64,000 bases of DNA, taken from positions 21,014 to 85,013 of the forward strand of contig CAWIPQ010000002.1 of assembly GCA_963838045.1 (NCBI GenBank), in the 5' to 3' direction. Made by a program: the position numbers and the translations under genes. This DNA comes from an uncultured Verrucomicrobiae bacterium (GTDB lineage Bacteria > Verrucomicrobiota > Verrucomicrobiia > Chthoniobacterales > UBA10450). This document shows positions 19,020 through 29,815 of the stretch, piece after piece. The stretch's first letter is position 1; each line of letters opens with the position of its first letter. Under the pieces are notes generated by a model. The model saw nothing but the letters and a program-made list of their open reading frames with translations. It did not search any database and was not told the DNA's origin.

Positions 19020-20171
19020 ATGATTTACCTCGATTACAACGCGACCACACCGTTATGCGATCCAGCGCGCGAGGCGATGCTGCCTTATTTCGATCGCCAT
19101 TTTGGTAATCCATCCAGTGTCCACGCGGCCGGCCGCGAAGCGCGCGCGGCAATTGATAACGCGCGCGATAAGATCGCCGCATTGCTTTGCGCGAAACCGG
19201 GCGAAATCATTTTTACCGGCGGCGCAACCGAGTCATGCAATCTGGCTGTGTTCGGCCTGGCGCGATCTCCGTCTTTAAGCGGCAACCACGTAATCTCGAA
19301 CAAAGCCGAGCATCACGCAGTGCTGCATCCTGTCGAGCATTTGGAGCAGCATGATGGTTTCGAAGTAACCTGGTTAAAGGTGTCTGAGAGCGGAATGGTC
19401 GATCTCGATCAGTTGGCCGATTCAATTCGTCCCGACACAAGATTCGTGTCGATCATGACCGCGAACAATGAGACAGGCGTCGTTCAACCAATGCCCGAAA
19501 TCTCACGGATCTGCCGGGAGCGCGGTGTTTTGCTTCATAGCGACATGGTTCAGGCTTTCGGGAAAATGGACGTCGATGTCTCTCTGGTCGATGTCGGGAG
19601 TTTTGCTGCGCACAAGTTCTACGGACCAAAAGGCACAGGTTTCCTTTATCTCCGTGCCGGCCTGTCGATCCAACCAATCATGTTCGGCGGCGCGCATGAA
19701 AATCAGCGTCGTCCAGGGACGGAAAATGTGGCTGGTATCGCGGGAATGGCTGCGGCAGCTGAGTGGATATTGCGCGATCGCGAGATGGAACAGGAACGCA
19801 GAGCGCAACTGCGCGATCAATTATGGAAAAGTATCGCGGACGTTTTTCCCGATGCGCAGCAAAATGGCGACCCGGACCGTCGGCTTACTAACACGCTCAA
19901 TGTAAGTTTTACCGGCATCGACTCGGAAACGATGCTGATGGCGCTGGATTTGGAAGGGATTTGCGCCTCGAGCGGCTCGGCCTGCATGGTCGGTTCGGTG
20001 AGAGCGTCGCATGTTTTGCTGGCGATGGGTCTGCCGATGGAACGTGCCCGTTCCGCCATCCGTTTCTCACTTGGCAAATGGACGACTGCGGAAGAAATCG
20101 CCGCTGCTGGTGATGCGCTTGCCCGAATCGCGAAGCGAAACAAAGACGCGCGCGAATATGCCGTTGCTTAG
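19020..20171 (+). CDS. cysteine desulfurase (NifS/IscS-like, aminotransferase class V)
   Basis: MIYLDYNATTP, the PLP-Lys region (SFAAHKFYGPKG) and the active-site loop SSGSAC. Confidence 0.9.
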   Translation: MIYLDYNATTPLCDPAREAMLPYFDRHFGNPSSVHAAGREARAAIDNARDKIAALLCAKPGEIIFTGGATESCNLAVFGLARSPSLSGNHVISNKAEHHAVLHPVEHLEQHDGFEVTWLKVSESGMVDLDQLADSIRPDTRFVSIMTANNETGVVQPMPEISRICRERGVLLHSDMVQAFGKMDVDVSLVDVGSFAAHKFYGPKGTGFLYLRAGLSIQPIMFGGAHENQRRPGTENVAGIAGMAAAAEWILRDREMEQERRAQLRDQLWKSIADVFPDAQQNGDPDRRLTNTLNVSFTGIDSETMLMALDLEGICASSGSACMVGSVRASHVLLAMGLPMERARSAIRFSLGKWTTAEEIAAAGDALARIAKRNKDAREYAVA

Positions 20172-20193
20172 GCAACTCGAATTCGGGTTCCGT

Positions 20194-20300
20194 AGCACAG
20201 ATATCTTGTCTGTGGGGCCGCCGGGCGTCTCGCCTGGCGCATTGATAAATGAATCAACAGGCAAGATGCCTGCCGGCCACACAGCCGAGACGGCTGTGCT
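20194..20300. repeat. family B multi-hairpin repeat, plus orientation
   Basis: Aligns with the reverse complement of 3777-3870. It lies between the desulfurase stop and the conserved part of the SprT-like gene. Confidence 0.7.
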
Positions 20301-20784
20301 ACTGCAAACACAAGCGCGCCAGCTCCTGCGCTCGTTAGGCGCGAACCGAATCGCAACTGAACTCCGAGTCGAATGGACCTCTCGGCTTACAACCGCCGCC
20401 GGCCGGGCGGATTATCGCCAAAAACTCATTTCGCTGAACCCGCTGCTACATAAGCACCCGGATGAAATCGATCGGACGCTGCGACACGAACTTGCTCATA
20501 TTCTCGCCCAATTTCGCGCAGGTCGCCGCCGGATTTCACCTCATGGAACCGAGTGGCAACAGGCGTGCCGGGACCTGGGGATAACCGGTGAGAAGCGATG
20601 TCACACACTGCCGTTTCCGGCGAAGCGAATCACGCCACGCTTCCTCTACCGTTGCCCGAACTGCCGGCGCGATTTTCCTCGCGTCCGCAAGATCAAACGC
20701 ACAGTCGCCTGTCTTGCCTGTTGCCGCGCGTACAGCGGCGGTGAGTTCGATGCGCGGTTTAAATTAGAACCGACAGCGTTGTAG
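20266..20784 (+). CDS. SprT-like zinc metalloprotease domain protein
   Basis: HELAH zinc motif, then CPNC...(13 aa)...CLAC zinc ribbon. Start is ATG 20266, or ATG 20158 if the repeat is translated. Confidence 0.7.
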   Translation: MPAGHTAETAVLLQTQARQLLRSLGANRIATELRVEWTSRLTTAAGRADYRQKLISLNPLLHKHPDEIDRTLRHELAHILAQFRAGRRRISPHGTEWQQACRDLGITGEKRCHTLPFPAKRITPRFLYRCPNCRRDFPRVRKIKRTVACLACCRAYSGGEFDARFKLEPTAL

Positions 20785-21006
20785 CGGCGTTTGTGTCAAA
20801 CGCCGGGGAGCGCTCCTCAAAACTTTCCGTCTTTTTATATTTTCTTAACGCGGATTGTAGCTGCTTTTATGTCGACGCGATTTGAAAGCACGCCGATGCG
20901 AAAAACTTGTCGGAAACTTTAAACGTTTTGCCAGGTGTTCTGTCAATTCTTGCATGGTTTGATTTGTCGGTGTCAGCGGAGAAAAACACACTTCTGATCT
21001 GCGTTT

Positions 21007-21213
21007 ATGAAAATACTCGCAAGCGTAATTGCAAAGGAATTGAAGAAGGCAAAGCATTTCGCCGTATACGAACCCGAATTGACGCGTGTCTGGCCCCGCG
21101 ATGGGACAATACATGAAGCCAAAGTCGCCTCATTCGCGAAAAAGCATGGCTGGCGACTGCGCTTCTACAAAGAGGGTTTCTGCGCGATTTTTGATAGAGC
21201 GCCGTCTACGTGA
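21007..21213 (+). CDS. hypothetical small protein (68 aa)
   Basis: ORF only; no homology recognised. Confidence 0.3.
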   Translation: MKILASVIAKELKKAKHFAVYEPELTRVWPRDGTIHEAKVASFAKKHGWRLRFYKEGFCAIFDRAPST

Positions 21214-21306
21214 AGGTGGATCGAGCTCTCCGAGCTCGATGACACTATTATCGCCGAAGGCGCAGTAGTTAATCTCGCAGCAAAGCCGCTTGGCCATCCC
21301 AACGCG
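21213..21306. mobile_element. partial family A MITE-like copy
   Basis: AAGGTGGATCGAGCTCTCCGAGCTCGATG...CCCAACGCG matches the left two-thirds of the family A unit, in the opposite orientation to the copies at 22535-22886. Confidence 0.6.
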
Positions 21307-21322
21307 CTCGAGAGATCGCGTT

Positions 21323-22457
21323 CTACTCGATCTCTTCGCCTTTTGTGTTTTTCTCGCCTCGCAATTTTGCCTGGATAAACATATCGATGTCGCCGTCCAT
21401 CACCGCTTGCACATTGCTCGTCTCGGCGCCTGTCCGGTGGTCCTTTACCATTTGATAGGGCTGAAAAACGTAGGAACGAATTTGATTTCCCCACGCAATC
21501 TCGCCTTTTTCGCCGTATTGCCGTTCCATCTCGGCACGTTTCTTGTCTTGTTCCAGCTGGTATAGCTTCGCTTTCAACATCTTCATAGCCAGCTCGCGAT
21601 TGCGGCCCTGGCTGCGCTCGGCCTGACAAGCAACGACGATCCCACTGGGTCTGTGTAGTATACGAACCGCAGTTTCAACCTTATTTACGTTTTGCCCGCC
21701 TTTGCCGCCGCTGCGAAACGTATCGACCTCTAAATCTGCCGGGTTAATTTCAACCGGAGCCGTGTCGGCGATTTCAGGCACGACGTCGATGCTGGCGAAG
21801 GACGTATGTCGCCGTTTGTTGGCGTCGAATGGCGAAATGCGAACCAGCCGGTGCACTCCGCGCTCGGTCTGCAAATGTCCGTAGGCGTACTCCCCGGTGA
21901 TCAGCAGAGTCGCGGATTTTACGCCGACTTCTTCGCCCTGTTGGATGTCCACTGTCTGCGATTTGAATCCGCTGCGTTCGATCCAGCGCTGATACATTCG
22001 CAACAACATATCGGCCCAGTCGCACGACTCGGTCCCGCCTGCCCCGGAATGAATAGTGATGAACGCGTTTGCCCGGTCGTTTTCACCGGACAAAAATTGA
22101 CGCAGCTCGAACTCATCCAGCTTATGAGCCAGGCGGGCATGTTCGGTCGCCACGTCTTTTTCTGCTTCAGCGCGATGCACTGCGTCGGCTTCTTCCGCAG
22201 CGAGTTCCTGTAGCGCGACGAAATCCTCAATCTCGCGTTGCAGTTCCTGGAATGGATTGATCAGTGAGCGCAGTCGGGAGACTTCCTCGACATCGGTCTG
22301 AGCGCGCTCCCGATTCGACCAGAAATCGGGCGCAGCCATCCGCGCTTCTAGTCCAGCGAGATCTTTCTGAAGCTGCTCGACGTCAAAGAAACCTCCGCAA
22401 TTCGCGAACGCGCGATTTCAGATCCTCGGCATCTGGAATGGAGATTTCAGTTGGCAT
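21323..22457 (-). CDS. prfB: peptide chain release factor 2, with the canonical programmed +1 frameshift
   Basis: The N-terminal 25 codons ([24 protein letters not shown]) end at an in-frame TGA within CTT TGA C. The +1 frame continues DVEQLQKDL...MAAPDFW into ORF 21323..22339, which carries SPF and GGQ motifs. Confidence 0.95.
22382..22388 (-). promoter_or_regulatory. prfB +1 frameshift site CTTTGAC with an upstream SD-like GGAGG
   Basis: The minus strand reads CGGAGGTTTCTTTGACG. This is the classical RF2 autoregulatory slippery site. Confidence 0.9.
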
Positions 22458-22534
22458 GGGCAAACATACTTTCACTATGCATTAAGCGCAAAGTTGTAGT
22501 GGCGTCTGTAACAACGGTTTTGGCGAAGCCCAAC

Positions 22535-22886
22535 AAGGTGGAACGCGACCGTAGCTAGCTCGCCGTGGCGAGGGCGCGTTGGGTGCAGCCAGCGGCTCTG
22601 CCGCCAGAATTGAGACTGCGCCTTTCGCCACAGCGAATCTCCGATCGGCGAGTGTTGCCATCGAGCTCTGAGATCTCGATCCACCTTTTAAGAGCAGGTG
22701 CTCGCTTTTGATGGCAAAGGTGGACGCGACTGCAGCTAGCTCGCCGTGGCGAGGGCGCGTTGGATGTAGCCGGCGGCTCTGCCGCCAGAATTGAGACTGC
22801 GGCTTTCGCCACGGCGAATCTCCGATCGGCGAGAAAGCCATCGAGCTCTGAGATCTCGATCCACCTTTGTAGAGCAGGTGCTCGCT
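22535..22886. mobile_element. two tandem copies (period about 182 bp) of the family A MITE-like repeat, inverted relative to 10617-10882
   Basis: Units at 22535-22688 and 22717-22868, each followed by AGAGCAGGTGCTCGCT. The reverse complement aligns with the copies at 10617-10882 and has an extra segment of about 25 nt. Confidence 0.75.
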
Positions 22887-22903
22887 GCGCTGTGTCGCTT
22901 ACA

Positions 22904-23267
22904 CTATTTACGCGAGGGAGCGGCGGGCTTTGCCTTGGCGCGCGGTGTTTCCAGCCGGAAAATTGTTTCGCCTTCCTTCATCAGATCAAGGCGATCGCGC
23001 GCGATTGTTTCCAGGTAGCTGACGTCTGTTTTGAGCAGGTTGACCTCGCGGGTCTGACGCGCCAGCAGATTTTGTTGGTCACTGACCTGTTGCTGAAGAT
23101 CGTCCATCTCGGTCCGGCTTTGCATCAATTTTTTTGTACGGCGGAACGAAAAGGCTCACGATCACCAGCCAGACCGCGATGATGAGCAGAACGAGGAGAA
23201 TCCGGTTCAATCGCTGCCAGAGAGTGGCCTCGCGACGCGCCCGAAAATCAGCGTAACCGTGCTCCAC
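22904..23267 (-). CDS. ftsB: septum formation initiator FtsB/DivIC-like, one apparent frameshift in a T7 run
   Basis: The TM segment (ILLVLLIIAVWLVIVSLF) is in ORF 23079..23369 and the coiled coil (MQSRTEMDDLQQQVSDQQNLL...DRLDLMKEGE) is in 22904..23128. The frames join if the 7-T run at 23129-23135 is one base shorter. The GTG start at 23267 follows the eno stop. Confidence 0.65.
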
Positions 23268-23268
23268 T

Positions 23269-24610
<1,342 letters not shown>

Positions 24611-24745
24611 TCATGCTGAGGACACCATTGCACGGAAACCCGGCATCGGACATTTCGATTCCCCCCAAAAACACATAAAAAGAACGATGCTGCAGGGCCA
24701 GAGATTCCGATTGGCAATTTCGCTGGGGCACGCATAATCTTCGCG

Positions 24746-25558
24746 ATGATTCGTTTGGTTGCATTGATTACCCTTGCGTTGCTTGCTGCAATTTCCACAT
24801 ACGCGGCCGAGAAAGCGCAATCTCTGTCCCCGGATCAAATGGCGAAAGCTGTCAGAACGGATTCCATTACTGTCCCGACGCCGGGCGAACTTTTCGCCGC
24901 GCTTGGCAAAACGGGAAAAATAAACTGGTCAGCTCAATATCGCGGACCAATTCCCACGACCTACAGCGACCGGGCGCAGATAGCGTTGAACCTCGGCGGT
25001 TTGATTGCTGATGGATTCATCGCTGTTGAAGCCAAGGACGGACAGCAGGTCAAAAATATCGGGTCGGACATCTTGAAGCTTGGAAAGGCTCTCGGAGTCA
25101 GCGAACAACTGCTGGGCCGGGGAAATAGCATCAACGAATTTGCCGAGCATAACGACTGGGACACGTTGCAGGAAGAATTGGAAGCAACGCAAAATGAGGT
25201 GAAATCCTCAATGCAATCGCACGATGATCAGGACCTGATTATCCTGGTCACTCTTGGCGGATGGATCCGCGGCACCCAGGTAGTCACCGGCGTAATCATG
25301 AAGAATTACAGTGAGTCTGCCGCAAAGGTCCTGCGGCAACCGGCTCTGGTTCGCTTCATTCAATCAAAGGTGAACGAAATTTCGCCTGAATTGCGGCAGC
25401 AACCTTTGGTCAAAGATGTGAGCGAACAGCTTAGCGGGATCGAAAAACTTGTTTCATTTCCGGCAGACAAAGTGCCGACCCAGGAGGAAGTACGAAAAGT
25501 GAATGAGGCCGTCAGCAAGCTTATGACGGAAATACAAAGCAAGGAACCGGCAAAATGA
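24746..25558 (+). CDS. secreted hypothetical protein (270 aa)
   Basis: Signal peptide MIRLVALITLALLAAISTYA-AE. No family recognised. Confidence 0.65.
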   Translation: MIRLVALITLALLAAISTYAAEKAQSLSPDQMAKAVRTDSITVPTPGELFAALGKTGKINWSAQYRGPIPTTYSDRAQIALNLGGLIADGFIAVEAKDGQQVKNIGSDILKLGKALGVSEQLLGRGNSINEFAEHNDWDTLQEELEATQNEVKSSMQSHDDQDLIILVTLGGWIRGTQVVTGVIMKNYSESAAKVLRQPALVRFIQSKVNEISPELRQQPLVKDVSEQLSGIEKLVSFPADKVPTQEEVRKVNEAVSKLMTEIQSKEPAK

Positions 25559-25989
25559 GACGTTCGATTCAAATTTTCGTTTGGATGCTTGTGCTGAGCA
25601 CAGGCTTTGTGCTGCGCGCAGACACAGATGCCGAAGTGAATGCGCGTAAAGACGCACTCGAAATTGCTGGAGCGTTTTCGAACGATGACTTCAAAATTCG
25701 GGACGGACATTCGTGCGGCCTACTCAAGCCGCACGATCACGCTCTGATCGCGGTCAACCTTTACGCGGGTAACCAGTATTGGTTTTCTGTTGGCACATCA
25801 GACCCCGTGAAAAAAGTCGCGGTCAGCGTGTATGATGAATCCGGAAAGCCAATGAAGACGGAGGACTATAACAACGGCGATAAAGCGGCGGCTGGTTTTC
25901 AGCCGGAGAATAGCGGCCAATATTATGTTGGCGTCGATCTGCTGGAAGGCCAGGAAGGTAGTTTCTGTCTCGTCTATTCGTACAAATAG
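25555..25989 (+). CDS. secreted hypothetical protein (144 aa)
   Basis: The start overlaps the upstream stop (ATGA). It has a signal peptide (IFVWMLVLSTGFVLRA-D) and the rest of the sequence looks beta-rich. No family recognised. Confidence 0.65.
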   Translation: MRRSIQIFVWMLVLSTGFVLRADTDAEVNARKDALEIAGAFSNDDFKIRDGHSCGLLKPHDHALIAVNLYAGNQYWFSVGTSDPVKKVAVSVYDESGKPMKTEDYNNGDKAAAGFQPENSGQYYVGVDLLEGQEGSFCLVYSYK

Positions 25990-26093
25990 ACGGTTTTCGG
26001 TGTTGACTACGGATGCGCGGCACTCAAATTTCGTGCGCATCGGTTTTGCGATCTGGTCTTCAGTACCCGCTATCGGTAATCTTGGAGCAGGTG

Positions 26094-26369
26094 ATGATCT
26101 CGCTTCAGGTATTTTACGAGGGTCATGTCCAGGGCGTCGGGTTTCGTTTCACCGTGCGCCACATCGCCAAAGGATTCGACGTAACCGGCTGGGTGCGCAA
26201 TCTTCCCGACGGTCGCGTGGAATTACAAGTTACAGGTCAGCAGGACGAGGTGCGCGCATTTCTTGATCAGATCGCGGAAAGCGAACTGCACTCGCTGATT
26301 CGCAGACAAATCGAAAACAAGCTAAACGAAGCGGTCAGTGGCCGCGGTTTCGAAATTCGCCATGACTGA
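26094..26369 (+). CDS. acyP: acylphosphatase
   Basis: ATG 26094 follows GGAGCAGGTG. Contains the GHVQGVGFRF signature and GWVRNLPDGRVE. Confidence 0.85.
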   Translation: MISLQVFYEGHVQGVGFRFTVRHIAKGFDVTGWVRNLPDGRVELQVTGQQDEVRAFLDQIAESELHSLIRRQIENKLNEAVSGRGFEIRHD

Positions 26370-27282
26370 TCCGGCGGTCGCAGTTCACGGACTGACCAAA
26401 ATTTTCCGTGTTCCGTTTCATCCCACCCGTGGCGTTGTCGCCGTAAAGGACCTTAGTCTTCGCATTGAACCGGGCGAAGTGTACGGCCTGCTCGGCCCGA
26501 ATGGTTCCGGCAAAAGTACTACACTGAAAATCATTCTTGGCCTGGTCTCGCCAAGCCGCGGCCGCACCGAAATTTTTGGAAGAGACAGTCGGCTGGTCGA
26601 AAGCCGCGAGGCTGTCGGTTTTCTGCCGGAGAATCCATACTTCTACAAATATCTCACCGGCGCGGAAACGCTCCGTTTCTTCGGACGCCTTTGCGGAATG
26701 AAAGGCGCAACACTGAAGAATCGCGTCAATGAATTGCTTGATCTAGTGGGGCTAAACAAAGCGCGCGACCGCCGGCTGAGCACTTATTCGAAGGGCATGC
26801 TGCAACGCATCGGGCTGGCACAAGCATTGGTCCACGATCCGAGGCTGGTGGTACTGGACGAACCGACCGCTGGTGTTGATCCGGCTGGTTCGCGGGAAAT
26901 TCGCGACCTGGTCATGGATCTGAAGCAGCGCGGAATTACCGTGCTGCTCTCGTCGCATTTGCTCGCGCAGGCGCAGGAGATTTGCGATCGTGTCGGCATC
27001 CTCGCTGATGGGGTGCTGGTTCGCGAAGGACATCTGCGGGATTTGATAGCGATCGAAAATCAAACTGAGCTTGTGATCGCCAACGCATCTGACGAGCTGG
27101 TCCAGCAGATTGAATCTTGCATCAATCAATCAAACGCGAAATTGCTCGAGCGACGGAGATCGACGACCACGCTGGAACGACTGTTTTTGGAGTCGACCGG
27201 CGGGAACGACAAAACTCGCGCCTCTGTCAAGGTTACGGACGACGGACAAACGGCGGCTAAGGAAGCGAGGAGGGAAAAATGA
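26362..27282 (+). CDS. ABC transporter ATP-binding protein
   Basis: Walker A GPNGSGKST, signature-like YSKGMLQR, Walker B LVVLDEPT. The start ATG 26362 overlaps the acyP stop. Confidence 0.9.
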   Translation: MTDPAVAVHGLTKIFRVPFHPTRGVVAVKDLSLRIEPGEVYGLLGPNGSGKSTTLKIILGLVSPSRGRTEIFGRDSRLVESREAVGFLPENPYFYKYLTGAETLRFFGRLCGMKGATLKNRVNELLDLVGLNKARDRRLSTYSKGMLQRIGLAQALVHDPRLVVLDEPTAGVDPAGSREIRDLVMDLKQRGITVLLSSHLLAQAQEICDRVGILADGVLVREGHLRDLIAIENQTELVIANASDELVQQIESCINQSNAKLLERRRSTTTLERLFLESTGGNDKTRASVKVTDDGQTAAKEARREK

Positions 27283-28214
27283 CAAACAGCGATGCCGCTT
27301 CGACGCTTCAACCTTTCAACGGTCCCACCGTCGTGAAACGTCACCGGGTTTTTTCCTTTTCGCGCGTACTTGCCATCACCAGCAACACGTTGACCGAGCT
27401 GACCCGTCTGAAAGTCTTTTATGTGTTGCTAGTGTTCGGGCTTCTGTTGATCGGCAGCTCGATTTTCATGGCCCAATTTTCCTTTCAACAGGAATTTCAA
27501 ATTCTGAAGGACGTTTCCCTGGGCGCGATCTCGCTCTTCACTTCGCTGCTGGCGATCGTTGCCACGGCTCGAATGCTCCCACAGGACATCGAAGACCGCA
27601 CGGTTTACACGATTCTCGCCAAGCCGGTGCCGCGCTTTGAATACATCGTTGGCAAGATTGCGGGAGTCCTTTTGCTGCTGGCAATCAGCACCCTGATAAT
27701 GGTGGCAGCCTTTCTGGCCGTCTTGTACATGCGAGAGCAGGCAGTCCTGGCCGCGACGGCAAAACAAATGGCCAGCGCACCGCCGGATCAGCTTGCAGAT
27801 GCTTTGCGTGCCGTCCGGGCGTCCGCGTTGAATAGCGATCTTGTTCCGGGAATCATCGTTATTTTCCTCAAAGCCTGTCTTCTTACAGCGCTGACGCTGT
27901 TTGTTTCCACGTTCGCCACTTCAACCATTTTTACCATCGTGGTGATGGTTTTTATCTATTTCATAGGGCACCTGGAAGCCACTGCGCGCGAGTATTGGTT
28001 GCACGAACATGGCAGCGGACTCGTAACCCGCGCGTTTCTTGCGATCGTGGCGCTGTTCTTTCCCGATCTACAGGCTTTCAATCTGGTCGATGACATCGTT
28101 GCCGGCACCGCTATCTCGACGGCCGTCTTCATCAAGACCGCATTGCTGGGATTTTTTTACACCGTGATTTACACGCTGCTGGCGGTCTTTGTCTTTTACG
28201 GAAAAGAATTATGA
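27279..28214 (+). CDS. ABC-2 type transporter permease
   Basis: 311 aa with about 6 predicted TM segments. Translationally coupled to the ATPase gene (ATGA overlap). Confidence 0.75.
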   Translation: MTNSDAASTLQPFNGPTVVKRHRVFSFSRVLAITSNTLTELTRLKVFYVLLVFGLLLIGSSIFMAQFSFQQEFQILKDVSLGAISLFTSLLAIVATARMLPQDIEDRTVYTILAKPVPRFEYIVGKIAGVLLLLAISTLIMVAAFLAVLYMREQAVLAATAKQMASAPPDQLADALRAVRASALNSDLVPGIIVIFLKACLLTALTLFVSTFATSTIFTIVVMVFIYFIGHLEATAREYWLHEHGSGLVTRAFLAIVALFFPDLQAFNLVDDIVAGTAISTAVFIKTALLGFFYTVIYTLLAVFVFYGKEL

Positions 28215-28978
28215 CGCGGGTTCTCATCACGCTGGCGGTGTTAATCGTGATGGGCCTGCTGAAATTGCCGGTCGAACGCGATCTTGCGGAGCTTCACCGG
28301 CAGGAACATTTCCGCGGTGTGGAATTCAATCTTGATCTCCGCGAAAAACTTGGGCAACTCGGATTTATCGCCGCCTTGAGCGGGTTTCGTGCGATTGTCG
28401 CCGACGCACTTTTTATTCAGGCGCACGCAGCATGGGAAGATACTCAATGGGGCCGGATGCTCTTGTTGTTTCGGCAGATCACCACACTGCAACCGCGGGT
28501 GCTCCTGTTTTGGGACACAGCGGCCTGGCATATGGCCTGGAACGCAAGCGTCGCCGCGATGAACGATCGCAACCAGCCGCGCCTGGCCTTGCGGGTGAAG
28601 GCGCAGCGCGAATATTTTGCGATCGGCAAGGAGTTCCTCGAACGCGGAATAAAAAACAATCCCGACCGTCCCGAGCTCTATGAGGCGCTGGCCCGGCTCT
28701 ACAAGGAAAAATACAAAGACCACGAGCGCGCTGCCGAATATTATGCGAAGGCAGCCACCCTTCCGGAAGCAGCGCCGTGGGACCGGCGTTTCTCCGCCTA
28801 TGAGCTTTCGTACGCCGAAGGGCGCGAGCGTGAAGCGTACGAACGCCTGCGGAGCCTCTACGATGAGGGACCGAAGGAGCGACTGCCGACCTTGATCAAA
28901 CGGCTAAAGTTCCTCGAAGAAAAACTCAATATTCCGCAGGACCAACGAATTTCTGAACCAGGTCCATCGAAGCTTTAA
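28211..28978 (+). CDS. membrane-anchored TPR-like helical-repeat protein
   Basis: N-terminal TM segment (VLITLAVLIVMGLL) and helical repeats (ELYEALARLYKEKYKDHERAAEYYAKA). Coupled to the permease gene. Confidence 0.6.
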   Translation: MTRVLITLAVLIVMGLLKLPVERDLAELHRQEHFRGVEFNLDLREKLGQLGFIAALSGFRAIVADALFIQAHAAWEDTQWGRMLLLFRQITTLQPRVLLFWDTAAWHMAWNASVAAMNDRNQPRLALRVKAQREYFAIGKEFLERGIKNNPDRPELYEALARLYKEKYKDHERAAEYYAKAATLPEAAPWDRRFSAYELSYAEGREREAYERLRSLYDEGPKERLPTLIKRLKFLEEKLNIPQDQRISEPGPSKL

Positions 28979-28982
28979 AATC

Positions 28983-29045
28983 GTTGAAGCGTTGAACCGG
29001 GTTTGACGCTACGGTTGCTGCGTCTTAATGCTTCAACGCTTCCAC
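28983..29045. repeat. hairpin repeat (GTTGAAGCGTTGAA ... TTCAACGCTTC)
   Basis: Inverted arms separated by a loop of about 35 nt, immediately after the stop codon at 28976-28978. Confidence 0.5.
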
Positions 29046-29053
29046 CTTAACCA

Positions 29054-29776
29054 ATGCGGTTCGCAATTTTCAGTGACATCCATTCGAATCTCGAAGCGCT
29101 CGAAGCCGTCATGGCGGACGCGCGCCAGCGAAGATGCACGCACTTTGTTTGCCTTGGCGACATCGTCGGCTATAACGCGAACCCGGGTGAATGCATCGAT
29201 CTGATCCGCCAACTCGATTGCCCCGCCGTAAAAGGCAACCATGACGAGCAGGCAACGTTTCCCGCGTCATCGGAACGTTTTAACGAGCTGGCCGAACGCG
29301 CCATCGATTGGACGCGCGAACATTTGAACGACGAGCACAAGGAATGGTTGCGCAGCCTTCCGTTGCAACGCCGGGTACACGATTTCACCATCGTTCACGC
29401 TACGCTCGATACGCCCGCACAGTGGGGCTACGTATTTAATAACCTCGATGCCGTTGCCAGTTTCACATACCAGCGCACGCCCATTTGTTTTTTCGGCCAC
29501 ACTCATGTGCCGATGGTTTTTGTTCGAGAGGAAGGCGTCCGACGTCACTCAGGTGAGCACATTCGTATCGAGCCTGGCAAAAAATATTTCATTAACGCCG
29601 GCAGCGTCGGGCAACCACGCGATGGAAACTGGCGGGCGGCGTACTGCATTTACGACCTCGACAACAATCTCGTCGAACTGCTGCGTGTGAAATACGATCT
29701 GGCGACCGCCCAAAAGAAAATCGGCCAGGCTGGTCTGCCGCGGCTTCTTGCCGAACGCCTTGGAATGGGCCGCTGA
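29054..29776 (+). CDS. metallophosphoesterase (YfcE/MJ0936-like)
   Basis: Motifs SDIHSN (D-x-H), LGDIVGYN (GD) and GNHD, plus GHTH. Confidence 0.85.
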   Translation: MRFAIFSDIHSNLEALEAVMADARQRRCTHFVCLGDIVGYNANPGECIDLIRQLDCPAVKGNHDEQATFPASSERFNELAERAIDWTREHLNDEHKEWLRSLPLQRRVHDFTIVHATLDTPAQWGYVFNNLDAVASFTYQRTPICFFGHTHVPMVFVREEGVRRHSGEHIRIEPGKKYFINAGSVGQPRDGNWRAAYCIYDLDNNLVELLRVKYDLATAQKKIGQAGLPRLLAERLGMGR

Positions 29777-29815
29777 TCCCGGAGAGCCCATCGCTTTGCG
29801 GGCGTAGTACTTTTA

